Notes under the pieces: generated by a model
Databases searched by the model: none
What the model saw: only the letters and a program-made list of their open reading frames with translations
Told to the model about the DNA's origin: nothing
Translations under genes and position numbers: made by a program
NCBI GenBank assembly: GCA_951406725.2
Contig: OX597816.1
Span: 169,632,001-169,696,000 of the forward strand
Direction: 5' to 3'
From: Octopus vulgaris
Taxonomy: Eukaryota
DNA: 64,000 nt
Shown here: positions 1 through 13,769 of the stretch, piece by piece
How the letters are laid out: each line of letters opens with the position of its first letter
Position numbering within the stretch: the stretch's first letter is position 1

Positions 1-975
1 TATATGTGTGGCCGTTGGCAATATTTTAGTTTGTCAATTTTTATTTTCTTTTTTCTTTTTATTTTTCTGATAACAGTTTTTCTGATTTGGGGAATTCTGC
101 ATTTAGTTTTCTTCACAGGTTTTGTGGAGTGTTTTGCACATAGGTTTGTCACGGTGTCTACAAAGATCTGCCAAGATATTTTGATGCTGGTGAAGGTGTG
201 TGAAAGACCAGTCAACATATGATAGCTCGTTCATGATTGCGTCCCAGTCGGTACCATAGAGATCCATGTTATCAGATGGGGGTGGGTGAGAGCTGGAGAG
301 ATGTCACTAGGGTTAGCTTTCGGATGGTGTAATCTCATGCTCTGAAAGAAGGAATGTTTCCACTATAATATTATGTAAAGTGTTAATGTAGTAGCAAAAC
401 ACAAGGTCTAAAATGTTCTGATATCTTGGTGCAAGGGCAAGTTGGGACCAGAAAAACTCATTCATAAAGTTGTGAAGTGACTCTACTGCTTCTTTGTCAG
501 TATTGAGGTGAGAGTACTTGGGTTCAAACTGATTGTGGACCATTCAACACAGGTTAGATTAAAATCTCCCATCATAATTATGTTATTAGAATGGCACTAT
601 TGAATAAAGCATTTAATGCTGTTAAGGCATTCTTTAAAGCGCAGTTGGGGTATTTGAGGGGGCCTATACAGTCCAACTATTATCACGTCATTAGTTTTGA
701 TGCACACGGTGACCGACTGACAGTAGCTGTTGGAGAATATCATATTCCCCTCTACCGAAAAGAAATAGTGCAGGAAAATGGCAGTTCCTCCCTTCCTTCT
801 GTCGACTCAATCCGCGTGGGTGGTTGTGAAGTTCCTAAATTTCCCTTCGGTTTCCAAGTGGGAGTTGTCAAGGTGGGTTTCGGTAAAATTGAAGAAAGGG
901 ATGTTGTGTGGATGGTTAGCAACCCGACCCTCAATGAATTGGATCTTCTATTTTTGTGCCTTGATGGAGGGACTG
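1..975 (-). mobile_element. Degenerate non-LTR retrotransposon (CR1/L2-like) ORF2, apurinic endonuclease domain
   Basis: Minus-strand translation across frames gives APE motifs in order: FNFTETHL, D*VDRRKGGTAIFL, IIVGLYRPP, IIMMGDFNL, NILDLVF, LSEH. It is interrupted by stops and frameshifts and runs off the window start. Confidence 0.8.
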
Positions 976-1003
976 ACACATTGTCTATACATATATATGT
1001 ATA

Positions 1004-1063
<60 letters not shown>

Positions 1064-1193
1064 TATACATACATACATACATACAGATTTCTATATATAA
1101 ATAAATATATATGTATATATATATATATGTATATATATATTTATATATAATATATATGCGTATATACATACGTATATATACATACATCTATAC

Positions 1194-1238
<45 letters not shown>

Positions 1239-1440
1239 TATGTGGGCACAGGACATCATGAAACGTGTACAACAAAGAAGTACGAGGCACGAGTAATGGA
1301 ACATGAACTATTATTTCAAATAACGAGACACAAATGGAAAACAAAACAAACATAAAGAACGACCCTTCATTAGTTGTTGGCGGCATTTTCTGGTCTCGTA
1401 TCTCGAGCATTTAACACACACACACAGACACGCACACACG

Positions 1441-1518
<78 letters not shown>

Positions 1519-1522
<4 letters not shown>

Positions 1523-1638
1523 TTCGGGCTCAGTCCCACTGCACTGCATCTTGGGCAGGTGTCTTCTACTATAGCCTCGGGCCGACCAAAGCCTTGTGAG
1601 TGGATTTAGTAGACGGAAACTGAAAGAAGCCCGTCGTA

Positions 1639-1640
<2 letters not shown>
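1519..1640 (+). mobile_element. SINE family A, 5' half
   Basis: B-box-like GGGCTCAGTCCC, then catcttgggcaggtgtcttctactatagcctcgggccgacc, matching the full-length copy at 4158-4568. Confidence 0.8.
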
Positions 1641-1687
<47 letters not shown>

Positions 1688-1757
1688 ACAAAAGACGAAG
1701 ATGGGTGTGTAAACAAGAAATAGATGTATTAGTTTAACGCTCGGGAAGTGAGAAAGT

Positions 1758-1793
1758 CTTTTATGTTTCGAGCCTACGCTCTTCGACAGAAAC
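1758..1793 (-). ncRNA. Minimal hammerhead-like motif, variant core (degenerate copy)
   Basis: Minus strand reads gttt-CTGTCGA-A-gagc-gtag-gctc-GAAAC-AT-A-aaag. Same repeat family as 29705-29742; stem III G is mutated to A. Confidence 0.4.
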
Positions 1794-2641
1794 GAATGCA
1801 GAAATAAACAGGGAGAGAAAATAGAAAAAAGGTTTAGCGACTAGCGATCTATCATGATGGTATATATTTTATTGTTTTATTCTTCTATATGTTTCAGCCG
1901 TGAGGCTGCGACCATGCTGGGGCACCGCCGTTGTAGTCATCTTTTAATTGGCCAAGTATACGGGTTTGGCTTTTGGTGAATGAGGGAGTTCGATATCGCT
2001 GCCATATATATAAGTATAGAGTAGTATAAATATACACAACTTGTTAGTGATAATACGCAGTTTCACTTACAATATATTGTATATCTTTGCATATACGACA
2101 CAATTTCCTCTTTAAAAATGCGTAAGAAACTCACTCCGGGTCCTATGTGCAAATTTAGGCTTCTTACAAGCTGAACTGCACTTAAAACCTTTGTTCTCTA
2201 ATATACGCTGCCGAAATTGATGGTTCGTGTTATATGCTCGTGCGCCTCTTATACCGTCAAATATAGGAATCTTTCAATCAGTTCTACCAATTATCACACA
2301 TTTATGACGGATGTAATATCACTACAAAAGAACTGACTGGAAATTATTTTGAATTACATAAGTAAACGTATCTATGGAACAATGCATTTAGTGGATCGAA
2401 TATAACAAAATTAAAAAGAGACAGAAAACCTCAAACATATCCATGTTAGGTATCTAATTTTTTAAATGTGTTAACTAACATAATCTGTAACAATAAAAGT
2501 CTATTTCAAAAACAAGCAGTTAGATCTCAAGTAAGATTTGACTTTAAAACTATAGGAAAAATGAGAAAAGCATTGAAGAATATATTCGTTTTGATTCTTA
2601 TGTCTCTTTGACAGATACAAACTAACCTTTCTCTTTTGATA

Positions 2642-3038
2642 TCTTTATATATAAAAGAGAGGTTGTGTGCTGTCTGCCTCCTACAATTTAGATTCCTAAC
2701 TACTCCCACATTTTGCGGTGCAGTTTAACCAAAACCGGGTATCTTATAGACGTGATTCATATCGAGCCATTCTGGGTATTAGCGCGCGTCTACGATGAGT
2801 CTACGATTAAAAAAAAATATTACCATCAATGTTTCCCATTTTTAATGCATTTTTGGCATATATAAGGGAAGTAACTCTCTAAAAATTTATCATTAAATCT
2901 CAGAACGTAAAAAGCTACAGTAACCCCCCCCCCTTTGTGGTTAGCCATATTGAGATGGCTATTATACTTTACATCTCTAAAAATGCTTATATAGTTATTT
3001 CCCTTACAAACCCGAGCAACGCCGGGCGATACTGCTAG
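2642..3038 (+). mobile_element. Non-autonomous Helitron
   Basis: 5' TC (TCtttatatataaaag), subterminal hairpin cccgagcaacgccggg, 3' CTAG, inserted between A and T. Further copies at 60654-60951 and 63859-64000. Confidence 0.8.
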
Positions 3039-3552
3039 TAACTGGATAAAATAAGAATCAGCTGAGCACTGGGATCGATGTAATGGACTCACCCCTAATC
3101 CTGAATTTGCTAACCTTGCGCCAAAAATTTGAAACCAATATTTTAAGGCGCCGAATTAGCAGAATTATTAGCACTCCCGAAATTGTAGACCGTGTGCCAG
3201 CATTTTAAACCAATATTACTGATACCTTTCTACGTCTTAGTATAAGTCTTTACCTAAAGCTTTTTTATCTAATCAAATTATTATACGTCGTATTCAATTT
3301 AGAAACTCTCCTCACTGATTACAAAAGAAAAATAAAATAGCATGGAGTTGAACATGCGTTTTTTTCCCCCCCAAATAAGTACTGTTATGAACATATGTAT
3401 TTCGTACGAACTCACATACAATCGCAGTGCACTTTCTCAGTAATATAATCGAATTTCTTATATATATGTATTACATTTATACGAAACAAAATGCTCTGTG
3501 TAAAAGTCAAATGTAGCCAAGGAAAAAATCAAATATGAATATACACGAAAAC

Positions 3553-3613
<61 letters not shown>

Positions 3614-3866
3614 AAGTAATATGATGTTACATTATAAATGAGAGTGGCTGGGGGCATATATAATTTCATTTTTAGTAGCATATATTTTTGAAAAAGCTAA
3701 GTGAAATTAATCGCATTTCGTATTTGTTTATCATGCCGTATGCATATATACATGTGTGTCTTTGTGTGTGTATTCTAATATCTAAACATAAACTCAACTT
3801 ATGTATAGATATGTATGCATGATTTGCGCACACACACATATATGCTTATCATTACACACACACAGA

Positions 3867-3917
<51 letters not shown>

Positions 3918-3950
3918 GTATATATATATATGTATGTATATATATATATG

Positions 3951-4070
<120 letters not shown>

Positions 4071-4157
4071 TACATAAGCATAGTTGCATAGATGAAAAAT
4101 ATTTTATGATGCAGCATAATACAGAACAATGAAACATGTATAATATGTGATGTATAT

Positions 4158-4568
4158 ACTCTTTACTCTTTTACTTGTTTCAGTCATTTGACTGCGGCCA
4201 TGCTGGAGCACCGCCTTTAGTCGAGCAACTCGACCCCGGGACTCATTCTTTTTGTAAGCCCAGTACTTATTCTATCGGTCTCTTTTTGCCGAACCGCTAA
4301 GTGACGGGGACGTAAACACACCAGCATCGGTTGTCAAGCAATGCTAGGGGAACAAACACAGACACACAAACACACACACATACATATATATATATATACA
4401 TATATACGACAGGCTTCTTTCAGTTTCCGTCTACCAAATCCACTCACAAGGAATTGGTCGGCCCGGGGCTATAGCAGAAGACACTTGCCCAAGATGCCAC
4501 GCAGTGGGACTGAACCCGGAACCATGTGGTTGGTTAGCAAGCTACTTACCACACAGCCACTCCTGCGC
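4158..4568 (-). mobile_element. SINE family A, full length (tRNA head, CORE-like segment, internal microsatellite, GTAAAAGA-repeat tail)
   Basis: Minus strand begins gcgcaggagTGGCTGTGTGGtaag...GGTTCAGTCCC (A/B boxes), then ggcatcttgggcaagtgtctt, and ends gaaacaagtaaaagagtaaagagt. More than ten related copies or fragments in the window. Confidence 0.9.
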
Positions 4569-4639
4569 ATATGTCTGTAAAAATATATTTTTATATTTAT
4601 AAATCTTTCTCTCCCTCTCTCTATGTAGGAAATATGTGT

Positions 4640-4695
4640 ATATATGAATATACATATATATATATATGTGTATATATAAATATACATGTTTATAC

Positions 4696-4762
<67 letters not shown>

Positions 4763-5170
4763 CATGCATGTGTGTGTACATGTATATGTGTTTGAGTGTG
4801 TATATACATGCATATATCTGTGCGCGTGTATATGCATGTATATATATGTGTGTGTGTATACGCATGTATATGTATGTATATATATGTATGTGTACATATA
4901 TGTACATATATATATGTACATATATACATATATATATGTATGTATATACATGTATATAGACATGTGAGTATATATGCATGTACACATGTATATATATATA
5001 TATATATATATATACAATTATGTATATATATATATATATACATATATATACATGTGTATATATATATGTATGTATATATACATTTATATATGGATGTATG
5101 TATATATATATGTATGGATATACATGCATATATATATATATGTACGTATATACATGTATGTGTATGTGTG

Positions 5171-5254
<84 letters not shown>
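4640..5254. repeat. Compound (TA)n/(TG)n/(TATG)n microsatellite
   Basis: Directly visible; explains the YIYI/CVCV ORFs. Confidence 0.95.
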
Positions 5255-5339
5255 ATCTTTAAACAGTTTCAGATTCAAAGCTGCGATCATACTGGGGCAC
5301 CACCTTTGACTATACATAATGTGAAACCTGCTCTGATAT

Positions 5340-5700
5340 GTGACATATTGTGAATGAGTGAATTTGATGCCTTGCCCTCATCTGTGTTTTTTCTCCGTGA
5401 GGTAGGCTCATCTGGAACCATTGACGGGAGGAGAACTAGTTTTGTTTTGCAAACACCTACATCTACACCATGCATGCCCCTCAGGCATTTTGGAAAGACA
5501 TTGAAGAGCCGTGGGCCCTTGAAAACCAAGTTGTAGCAGTATCTGGTTCTGTATTTTATGGGGAATGCAGAGATCTTTGGCACTATGCAGTGGCGTTCAG
5601 TTCTGCTATTTGTGTAACTTTTAATGCGTAATTTGTTACAAGTTCTTCCATGATTTTCTAGATCTATTTCACTATATATCTTTCCTGCCTACGTTGGACA
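5340..5700 (-). mobile_element. CR1-like LINE ORF2 C-terminal remnant
   Basis: RRQERYIV..IWKIMEELVTN, then FKGPRLFNVFPKCLR...KTKL...VPDEP, typical of CR1-group ORF2 ends. Confidence 0.7.
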
Positions 5701-6708
5701 TTATTCTGGATTCCTTTTGCTATTAATAGTTTAACTATCATATCCATTTCTTTAAATTTTAGTCGCCTTCATATTTTCTTCATGTATTTTCTTCATACGC
5801 TTCCATACACATCGTTCCTTACAGGTTTTTCACACGTTTTTATATCCGTATATTTGTATGTTATACTTTTTTTTATTTATGTTCAATAGTCTGAATATAT
5901 GAGGATGATATAAATTTGTTTGCCCAATTCCGATGTTTATTTTTTAACCACTAAGTTTATATATGTATACTTATAAATGTATGTATGTATGTATGTATGT
6001 ATGTATGTATGTATGTATGTATGTATGTATGTATGTATGTATGTATGTATGTATGTATGTATGTATGTATGTGTGTGTGTGTATGTATGTATGTAGGCAT
6101 GTATGTATGTATATATATGTATATATATATATATATTAAGAGAGGGCTTAGCAGGAGGGAATGCGTGGAGAGTGAGGGTGCGTTACCATTTGTGTGTGTA
6201 TGTGTGTGTGCGTGTATACTTGTATATGCTGTGTTATGAATTTATGGAAAGAAATCCCATATAACTCAGCAATTTCGCTAAAAATGGAGAAGAGAAGATG
6301 TTAAAATATATAAAAAGTTCGTTTCTATGATTTATTTCTATGTTTTCCTTTCTTATTGTGTTCAAGGTTTTTTGGATCTCCTGTACCCATATATGCATGT
6401 ATATATACATATATATGTAGGTATGTACATATATGTATGTATATATGCATATATTTATGTATTATTTATATTATTATATGATTGAACACCACGCATCCTT
6501 TTCCAAGTTTTATCTTAATAATTATGATGCGCACTCTTCACCTTTACTTCTGTGTATCTCTCTCCCTCTCTTGTTCTTCATCCCTTCTGGTTTTCTCTCC
6601 CACTCTTCCCTATTCTTCTCCTCTCCCCTTCACCGTTCCCTCTCTCTTACTCCTCCTCCTCCTCCTCCTCCTCGACTCTCTCGTCACTGACACGCGATCA
6701 GAGGGAAG

Positions 6709-6791
6709 CCATCTTTCCGAGTGCTATCTTCACCATATCTTCCGAGTGCTATCTTCACCATCTTTCCGAGTGCTATCTTCACCATATCTTC
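6709..6791 (+). repeat. Minisatellite, about 3.4 copies of a 24-25 bp unit
   Basis: Unit ccat(a)(t)ctt(t)ccgagtgctatcttca repeated in tandem. Confidence 0.9.
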
Positions 6792-7281
6792 AGCTTATCC
6801 TGTCTCTTTCATAAGCTGTCTCCTCAAGCGTTCAGAATAATTTTTCCATCGTATTGACTTAACAACCCTCATCGTTTTTACTGTTTTGTTCTCATTGTTC
6901 TGTTTTGTACTGTTTTTACTTTTTTTATTGTTTTTATTTGTATTGTTTTTACTGTCCTGTTCTTGTTACCACTTTTACCCTCCGCAAAAAATCCCAAATT
7001 TTGTGTGATTTGCTTTGCAGGAAGGATTGTTTCAACGAAGTCGCGTCTTGCCCTTACCTTCGAAACGCGGAGGAGATGAAACAGGGACAACTGAAGAAGG
7101 GGAATATTTCTTGTGTTGTATGTCTTGTACCCTGTTTTTTTGTTTTTATGTTTTTGTTTCTCATTGTGTTTGATGTCCTGTACCCATATGTGCATGTCTA
7201 TATACATATATAAGTAGGCATGTACATATATGTATGTATATATGCATATATTTATATATTACTTTTATTATTTTATACATG

Positions 7282-7319
<38 letters not shown>

Positions 7320-7345
7320 CATACACACATACATGCATATATATG

Positions 7346-7416
<71 letters not shown>

Positions 7417-7424
7417 GTAAGCAC

Positions 7425-7550
7425 ATACATGGTTCTAGGTTTAGTCCGTCTGTGTGGCACATTGGGCAAGTGTCTTCTGCTATAGCCTCGGGCCGACCAA
7501 TGCCTCTTGTGAGGGGATTTAATAGACAGAAACTGAAAGAAGCCCGTCGT
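7425..7550 (+). mobile_element. SINE family A, 5' half
   Basis: catggttctaggtttagtcc...ggcacattgggcaagtgtcttctgctatagcctcgggccgacc...gaaactgaaagaagcccgtcg. Confidence 0.8.
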
Positions 7551-7581
7551 ATATATGTATATATATATATATACAAATATA

Positions 7582-7982
7582 TACTCTTTACTCTTTTACT
7601 TGTTTCAGTCATTTGACTGCGGCCATGCTGGAGCACCGCCTTTAGTCGAGCAAATCGACCCCGAGACTTATTTTTTGTAAGCCCAGTACTTATTATATCG
7701 GTCTCTTTTGCCGAACCGCTAAGTGACGGGGACGTAAACACACACCAGCATCGGTTGTCAAGCAATGCTAGGGGACAAACACAGACACACAAACACACAC
7801 ACACATACATTTATATATATATATATATACGACAGGCTTCTTTCAGTTTCCGTCTACCAAATCCACTCACAAGGCATTGGTCGGCCCGGGGCTATAGCAG
7901 AAGACACTTGCCCAAGATGCCACGCAGTGGGATTGAACGCAGAACCATGTGGTTGGTTAGCAAGCTACTTACCACACAGCCA
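7582..7982 (-). mobile_element. SINE family A, near full length
   Basis: Near-identical to 4158-4568. Confidence 0.9.
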
Positions 7983-8029
7983 TATATATATGTGTGTGTG
8001 TGTATGTATGTATGTATGTATATGTGTAT

Positions 8030-8246
8030 GTGCGTGTTTATGTGTCTGTGTTTGTCCGACCAACATCACTTGACAACCGATGCTGATGTGTTTACGTCCC
8101 TGTAACTTGGCGGTTCGGTAAAAGTGACCGACAGAATAAGTACTAGGCTTACAAAGAATAAGTCCTGGGGTCGGTTTGATCGACTAAAGGCGGTGCTCCA
8201 GCATGGCCGCAGTCAAATGACTGAAACCAGTAAAAGAGTAAAAGAG
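8030..8246 (+). mobile_element. SINE family A, 3' half
   Basis: gtgtttacgtcc...gcggttcgg...ggcggtgctccagcatggccgcagtcaaatgactgaaaccagtaaaagagtaaaagag. Confidence 0.85.
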
Positions 8247-8276
8247 ATACATGTATAAATATATGTATATATATTA

Positions 8277-8359
<83 letters not shown>

Positions 8360-8385
8360 ACGCATATATATATATATATATATGC

Positions 8386-9300
8386 GTGTGGAAGCAGGGA
8401 TTAGAAGCAAGGATTAGAATGGAAGGGCTTTAGAGTCAACCTAGCTAAAACCAAAGTCCTAATAAGTAGGCAGGCAGACAAACCACAACTCCCTTCAGGT
8501 AGATGGCCCTGCTCGATCCGTAGAAAAGTTGTCGGTAGAAACTCTATGAGATGTACCCGGTGTAAGCTATGGACACATAAGAGATGCAGCAATATCAAAA
8601 GAAGGCTAACTGGGAAGATAGTTCTTGTATGTGGCAGATGCTCAGGAGCAATAAATAACACTGAAAACCTGCAGAGAACAACTTCCGTTACTTTGCAGGG
8701 AGAAAAACTAGAAGTAGTTGATAGCTTTCATTACTTAGGTGACCAAGTCAGTAGCGGAGGTGGGTGCTTTGAAAGTGTAGCAGCTACAATAAGAATAACC
8801 TGGACAAAGTTCAGAGAGCTTCTACCTCTGCTGGTGGCAAAGGGCCTCTCGCTCAGAGTAAAAGGTAGACTGTATGACACCTGTGTACGAACAGCCATGC
8901 TACATGGGAGTGAAACATGGGCCGTGACTGCTAAAGACATGCGTGACCTTGCAAAGAATGAAACCAGTATCCGTCGTCTTACTGGCACTTGTACCAGTGA
9001 CACGTGAAGAGAAAGAAAGTCGAGCGAGGTCGTTGGCAGTGCCGCTGAACTGGCTCCTGTGCAGGTCACACCATTTGAGCGTGGGCGTTGCCAGTACCGC
9101 CTGACTGGCCCTAGTGCCGGTGGCACGTAAAAGCACCCACTAGACTCTCGGAGTGGTTGGCGTCAGGAAGGGCATCCAGCTGTAGAAACTCTGCTAGGTC
9201 AGATTGGAGCCTGGTGCAGCCATCTGGCTCGCCAGTCCTCAGTCAAATCGTCCAACCCATGCCAGCATGGAAAGCGGACGTTAAACGATGATGATGATGA
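8386..9300 (+). mobile_element. RTE-clade LINE 3' fragment (late RT, internally deleted, 3' UTR with (GAT)n tail)
   Basis: GLRVNLAKTKV, LEVVDSFHYLG, WTKFRELLPLL and KGRLYDTCVRTAMLHGSETW are RTE-type ORF2 motifs. Ends cggacgttaaacgatgatgatgatga. Confidence 0.85.
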
Positions 9301-9387
9301 TATATATATGTATGTATGTATATATATATATATATATATATAGATAATATATATATAATAAGTGAAAGATAAAAGATCATATATTGC

Positions 9388-9434
<47 letters not shown>

Positions 9435-9464
9435 CACACACACACACGCACATATATATATGAT

Positions 9465-9787
9465 CTTTTAACTTTCACTTATTTTAGTCATTTGACTGCG
9501 GCTATGCTGGAGCACTGCACTGAAATTAATTTGTTGTATTGTTTTTAGTCTAGCGCTTATTCTATCGGTTTCTTTCGTGGTGGTGGTGCACAGACGCAGG
9601 AACTAGAATACACGTATGAATATACATTGATACGACGAGCTTTTAGTTTCCGTCAACCAAATCCACTCACAAGGCTTTGTTCGGCCTGAGGCTATTGTAG
9701 AAGACACTTGGCCAAGGTGCCATACAGTGGGACTGAACCCGAAATCACGTGGTTGGGAAGCAAGTTCTTACCACACAGACACGCCTG
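9465..9787 (-). mobile_element. SINE family A, diverged copy
   Basis: Head (gtgggactgaacccg, cttaccacacag on +) and tail (gtcatttgactgcggctatgctggagcac on +) are both recognisable. Confidence 0.8.
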
Positions 9788-10576
9788 TATACTCTGTAAA
9801 TGCAAGTTTATGTGGTATGTATGTTTAGCCCCCAAAGTCTCTGAAACGGTGCATCCTCGAGAAAAATGAATTTCATTTTCGAATTCTGCATCGCACAGAC
9901 AATGACTTTCGTAAATAATAAGAAAATAAAATTTGCCATGAGAAATATTAAACTTTTAAATGGACAAATCTCCCACTCTCTGCCTATCACCATCAAATTA
10001 TCTTTCTCCATATATATTTACCATACTCTTTCACAACTGCTTTTGTTTTTGTATATATTAAATTCCACGGATAACTTTCATTTTGTTTAAAACCTTTTCT
10101 AATATTTTCTTTCATTTTATCACTGCTATTACGTACAAAGATCCTGTTTTTTAACTGTGTAAAAACGATTAAAATTTAAATCTCTGTAACACTTTTCTGA
10201 AATTTTTCTGGAATTACGAACTCGATTCATCGTAAAAACGTGCATCAATACCAAATTTTAAAATTTTCATTAAATTTTAAAATTTCAAAATCTGTCACAG
10301 CATCAGAAAAATGTCCCCTTCTCTCTCTCCGCCCTCGCTCATTCTCTATCTCTTCCACTCTTTCATGGTAAACTTTCTCACTCTACAAAAGTACATCATT
10401 CACACTGAGTATGTATGTGTGTGTGTGTGTGTGTGTGTCAGTATGTGTGTTTGTCAGTGTGTGTGTATGTATGTGGGTAACGAGTTTCATTAGGGCGATG
10501 GAGTGATTTAAGAAAAGCTGCGTAAAATTTATTTTAGTAGCATACTTTTCTGTTAGTAAAAATGATTTTTCTTACG

Positions 10577-10644
10577 CACACACACACACACACACACATA
10601 CACACACACACCCACACCCAAACCCACACTCACACACATACACA

Positions 10645-10703
<59 letters not shown>

Positions 10704-10720
10704 ACCCACACCCACCCACA

Positions 10721-10757
<37 letters not shown>

Positions 10758-10852
10758 ACATACACACACCCACACACACATACACACCCACCCACACCCA
10801 CCCACACCCACACCCACACTCACACACACATACACACCCACACCCACCCACA

Positions 10853-10900
<48 letters not shown>
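10577..10900. repeat. (CA)n-based compound microsatellite
   Basis: Directly visible. Confidence 0.95.
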
Positions 10901-11246
10901 CGGACTCATTTGATGTGGGATTAGGTTAAGGATTTAAATAACAATTTCTTATTTTGCTGTTTATCTTCCACATCATCATTCCATTGGGAGAAAAATTTTG
11001 AAACACATCCATACATATGTCAGAGTGACATATAAAAGAAAGTGAAGAAGGTGCCAGGTAGTTGTGAGATGTGCTAGAAACAACAGCTAAATCTCCTTTA
11101 CACCACATACCTTTACATCTGAAACTTATTCTGAAATTATAATGAGTAATAGATATATCTCTATACTCATAATGAAAATAGCCGATATAAACTTGGCTGG
11201 TTGGTTGGTTGGCTTGTTTCCTCCAGACACGCTTTTTACGTCGTAT

Positions 11247-11628
11247 GGGAAGCACTCCGTCGGTTACGACGACGAGGGTTCCGGTTGATCCGATCAACGG
11301 AACAGCCTGCTCGTGAAATTAACGTGTAAGTGGCTGAGCACTCCACAGACACGTGTACCCTTAACGTAGTTCTCAGGGAGATTCAGCGTGACACAGAGAG
11401 TGACAAGGCTGGCCCCTTTGAAATACAGGTACAACAGAAACAGGAAGTAAGAGTGAGAGAAAGTTGTGGTGAAAGAGTACAGCAGGGATCACCACCATCC
11501 CTGCCGGAGCCTCGTGGAGCTTTAGGTGTTTTCGCTCAATAAACACTCACAACGCCAGGTCTGGGAATCGAAACCGCGATCCTACGACCGCGAGTCCGCT
11601 ACCCTAACCACTGGGCCATTGCGCCTCC
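11247..11628 (-). mobile_element. SINE family B, full length, with 12-bp TSD
   Basis: Minus strand ggaggcgcaaTGGCCCAGTGGttagg...GGTTTCGATTCCC (A/B boxes). Flanked by the direct repeat tttacgtcgtat (11235-11246 and 11629-11640). Confidence 0.9.
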
Positions 11629-12332
11629 TTTACGTCGTATAAAGAGAACGAGAAAAAGAATAAAACAGATACAGCAAAAGGTTTAGCATGGGAAGTGCAG
11701 TTGAGTGCACATGCAAGGCTTGGTGTGAGGCAATGAGTGAACGAACTCTACGTACATTTCTAACTCTGATAAGTTGTAGTGCACCTGAGCACCGAATACA
11801 TTATGTTTATGATTATTATCATTATGTTTTAAATGACCATGTTGTCTAAATGTTTGAAAGGTATCCCAGTGAATAGGGACGGTTGTTAAATGGGAGACAA
11901 CTCTGGTACACTTATAAAAATAGTTTACTTACGTTTGAAATTCCATTGCAATAAATTTCTGGGTGTGAACCTATCAAACGAAGTTTTCCTTGCATGTTTT
12001 TCCCTTAATTATGAGTTGTCGCCTTCGCGTTTGCTTATTAAAAAAACAAAACAAAGCATAAAAAGCAAAACGATCAAGCAAACAAACAAAACCTTCGTCA
12101 GCGTTTATATGCTATAGATACAGATATAATCACAAAGCCTTGAAATTTTCGTGCTCTCCACATGAAGTATGTTAACAATAGATATGACAAACCAAACTAA
12201 CGTTGGAATGACATCGTAATAGCAAATATCTTCACCGGAATTGAAACTATTATTTTTTTATAACGGATGAATTCTAAAATGAAAGTGTACGATAAATATT
12301 TTTATGATTTATACTTAATGTATATTTACTGT

Positions 12333-12459
12333 GTGGAGGCGCAATGGCCCAGTGGTTAGGGCAGCGGACTCGCTGTCATAGGATCGCGGTTTCGATTCCC
12401 AGACCGGGCGTTGTGAGTGTTTATTGAGCGAAAACACCTAAAGCTCCAGGAGGCTTCCC
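12333..12459 (+). mobile_element. SINE family B, internally deleted copy
   Basis: Same tRNA head as 11247-11628, joined directly to the terminal gcttccc(a). Flanked by atattta(c/t)tgt repeats. Confidence 0.85.
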
Positions 12460-12909
12460 ATATTTATTGTAAAACTTCAAAATTTAAAATTAAAAAAAAA
12501 TAATACAATAAAATTAATTTTAAAAATTATTGGTACAAGTTATCAAATTCTAAAATGATGAAAAACAGCTTAAACAGCACGACTTAGAATTCAGTTTATA
12601 AGAGAACGGGAATCAGTGAATCAATTGATTTTGACGACACGAATTCTTCACAACAACACAAAAAATCTAAGATAAAAGCAATTTCCTGCAACAATAAAGA
12701 ATTCCTACATTGACATACGTTCATGCATCTTCAGAGGATGGATGTCGTTTTTCTTTTTAATCAATCCCAGTATATACTGGTTGGTGCTTATTTTATCGAT
12801 CAACACGCTCAAGATAAACAATGTTGTTCGATTTCTTAATATCTTTTTAGAAACGGGATATACTTTACTATATGAAAATCGACTAATGTACGAATACTTA
12901 ACTCCACAG

Positions 12910-13331
<422 letters not shown>

Positions 13332-13769
13332 CACCACCCTTCCATTCATTCATTCATCCATCTATCTAGCTAGTCCAATAACGACCAGCTTTCCAAATCA
13401 CTATCTTCTACGTTGATATCCTTAATCTCTATCAGTCTCTGAAGCTGCTTTTTTCTTTCTTCAAGCATTATTTTATCAATAAATGTATCTAGCTACCTAT
13501 TAACCTTGCTCTTCCATATAATAACCAGCCTATCATCTTACCAAGAAGTAATCATATTAACGTAATTTGTTCTTTTCGTCCATTTCAATGTTTTCAATTT
13601 ACGATGGATACTTGCATAGTTATGACATAAGAAGGAAGTAATTAAAAGCATCCTGATGTTTGATTTTCTTCGTCATTGTTTTATGTTATTTCTTTGTATA
13701 TTAACATCCAGTATTTGGAAATATATTCTTTTAGCAATCTTAGCCAAATAAGACTATTTTGCTTTTCAG

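Noticed and set aside
7040-7105. GAAACGCG followed by CTGAAGAAGGGG as a possible type II hammerhead
   Set aside because: No UH cleavage triplet after stem III and no convincing stem I; may be a decayed relative but cannot be supported from this copy.
12335-12410. tRNA gene candidates at SINE heads (also 11555-11628 and 33801-33890)
   Set aside because: A/B boxes continue into SINE bodies with TSDs or multiple copies; no complete cloverleaf established.
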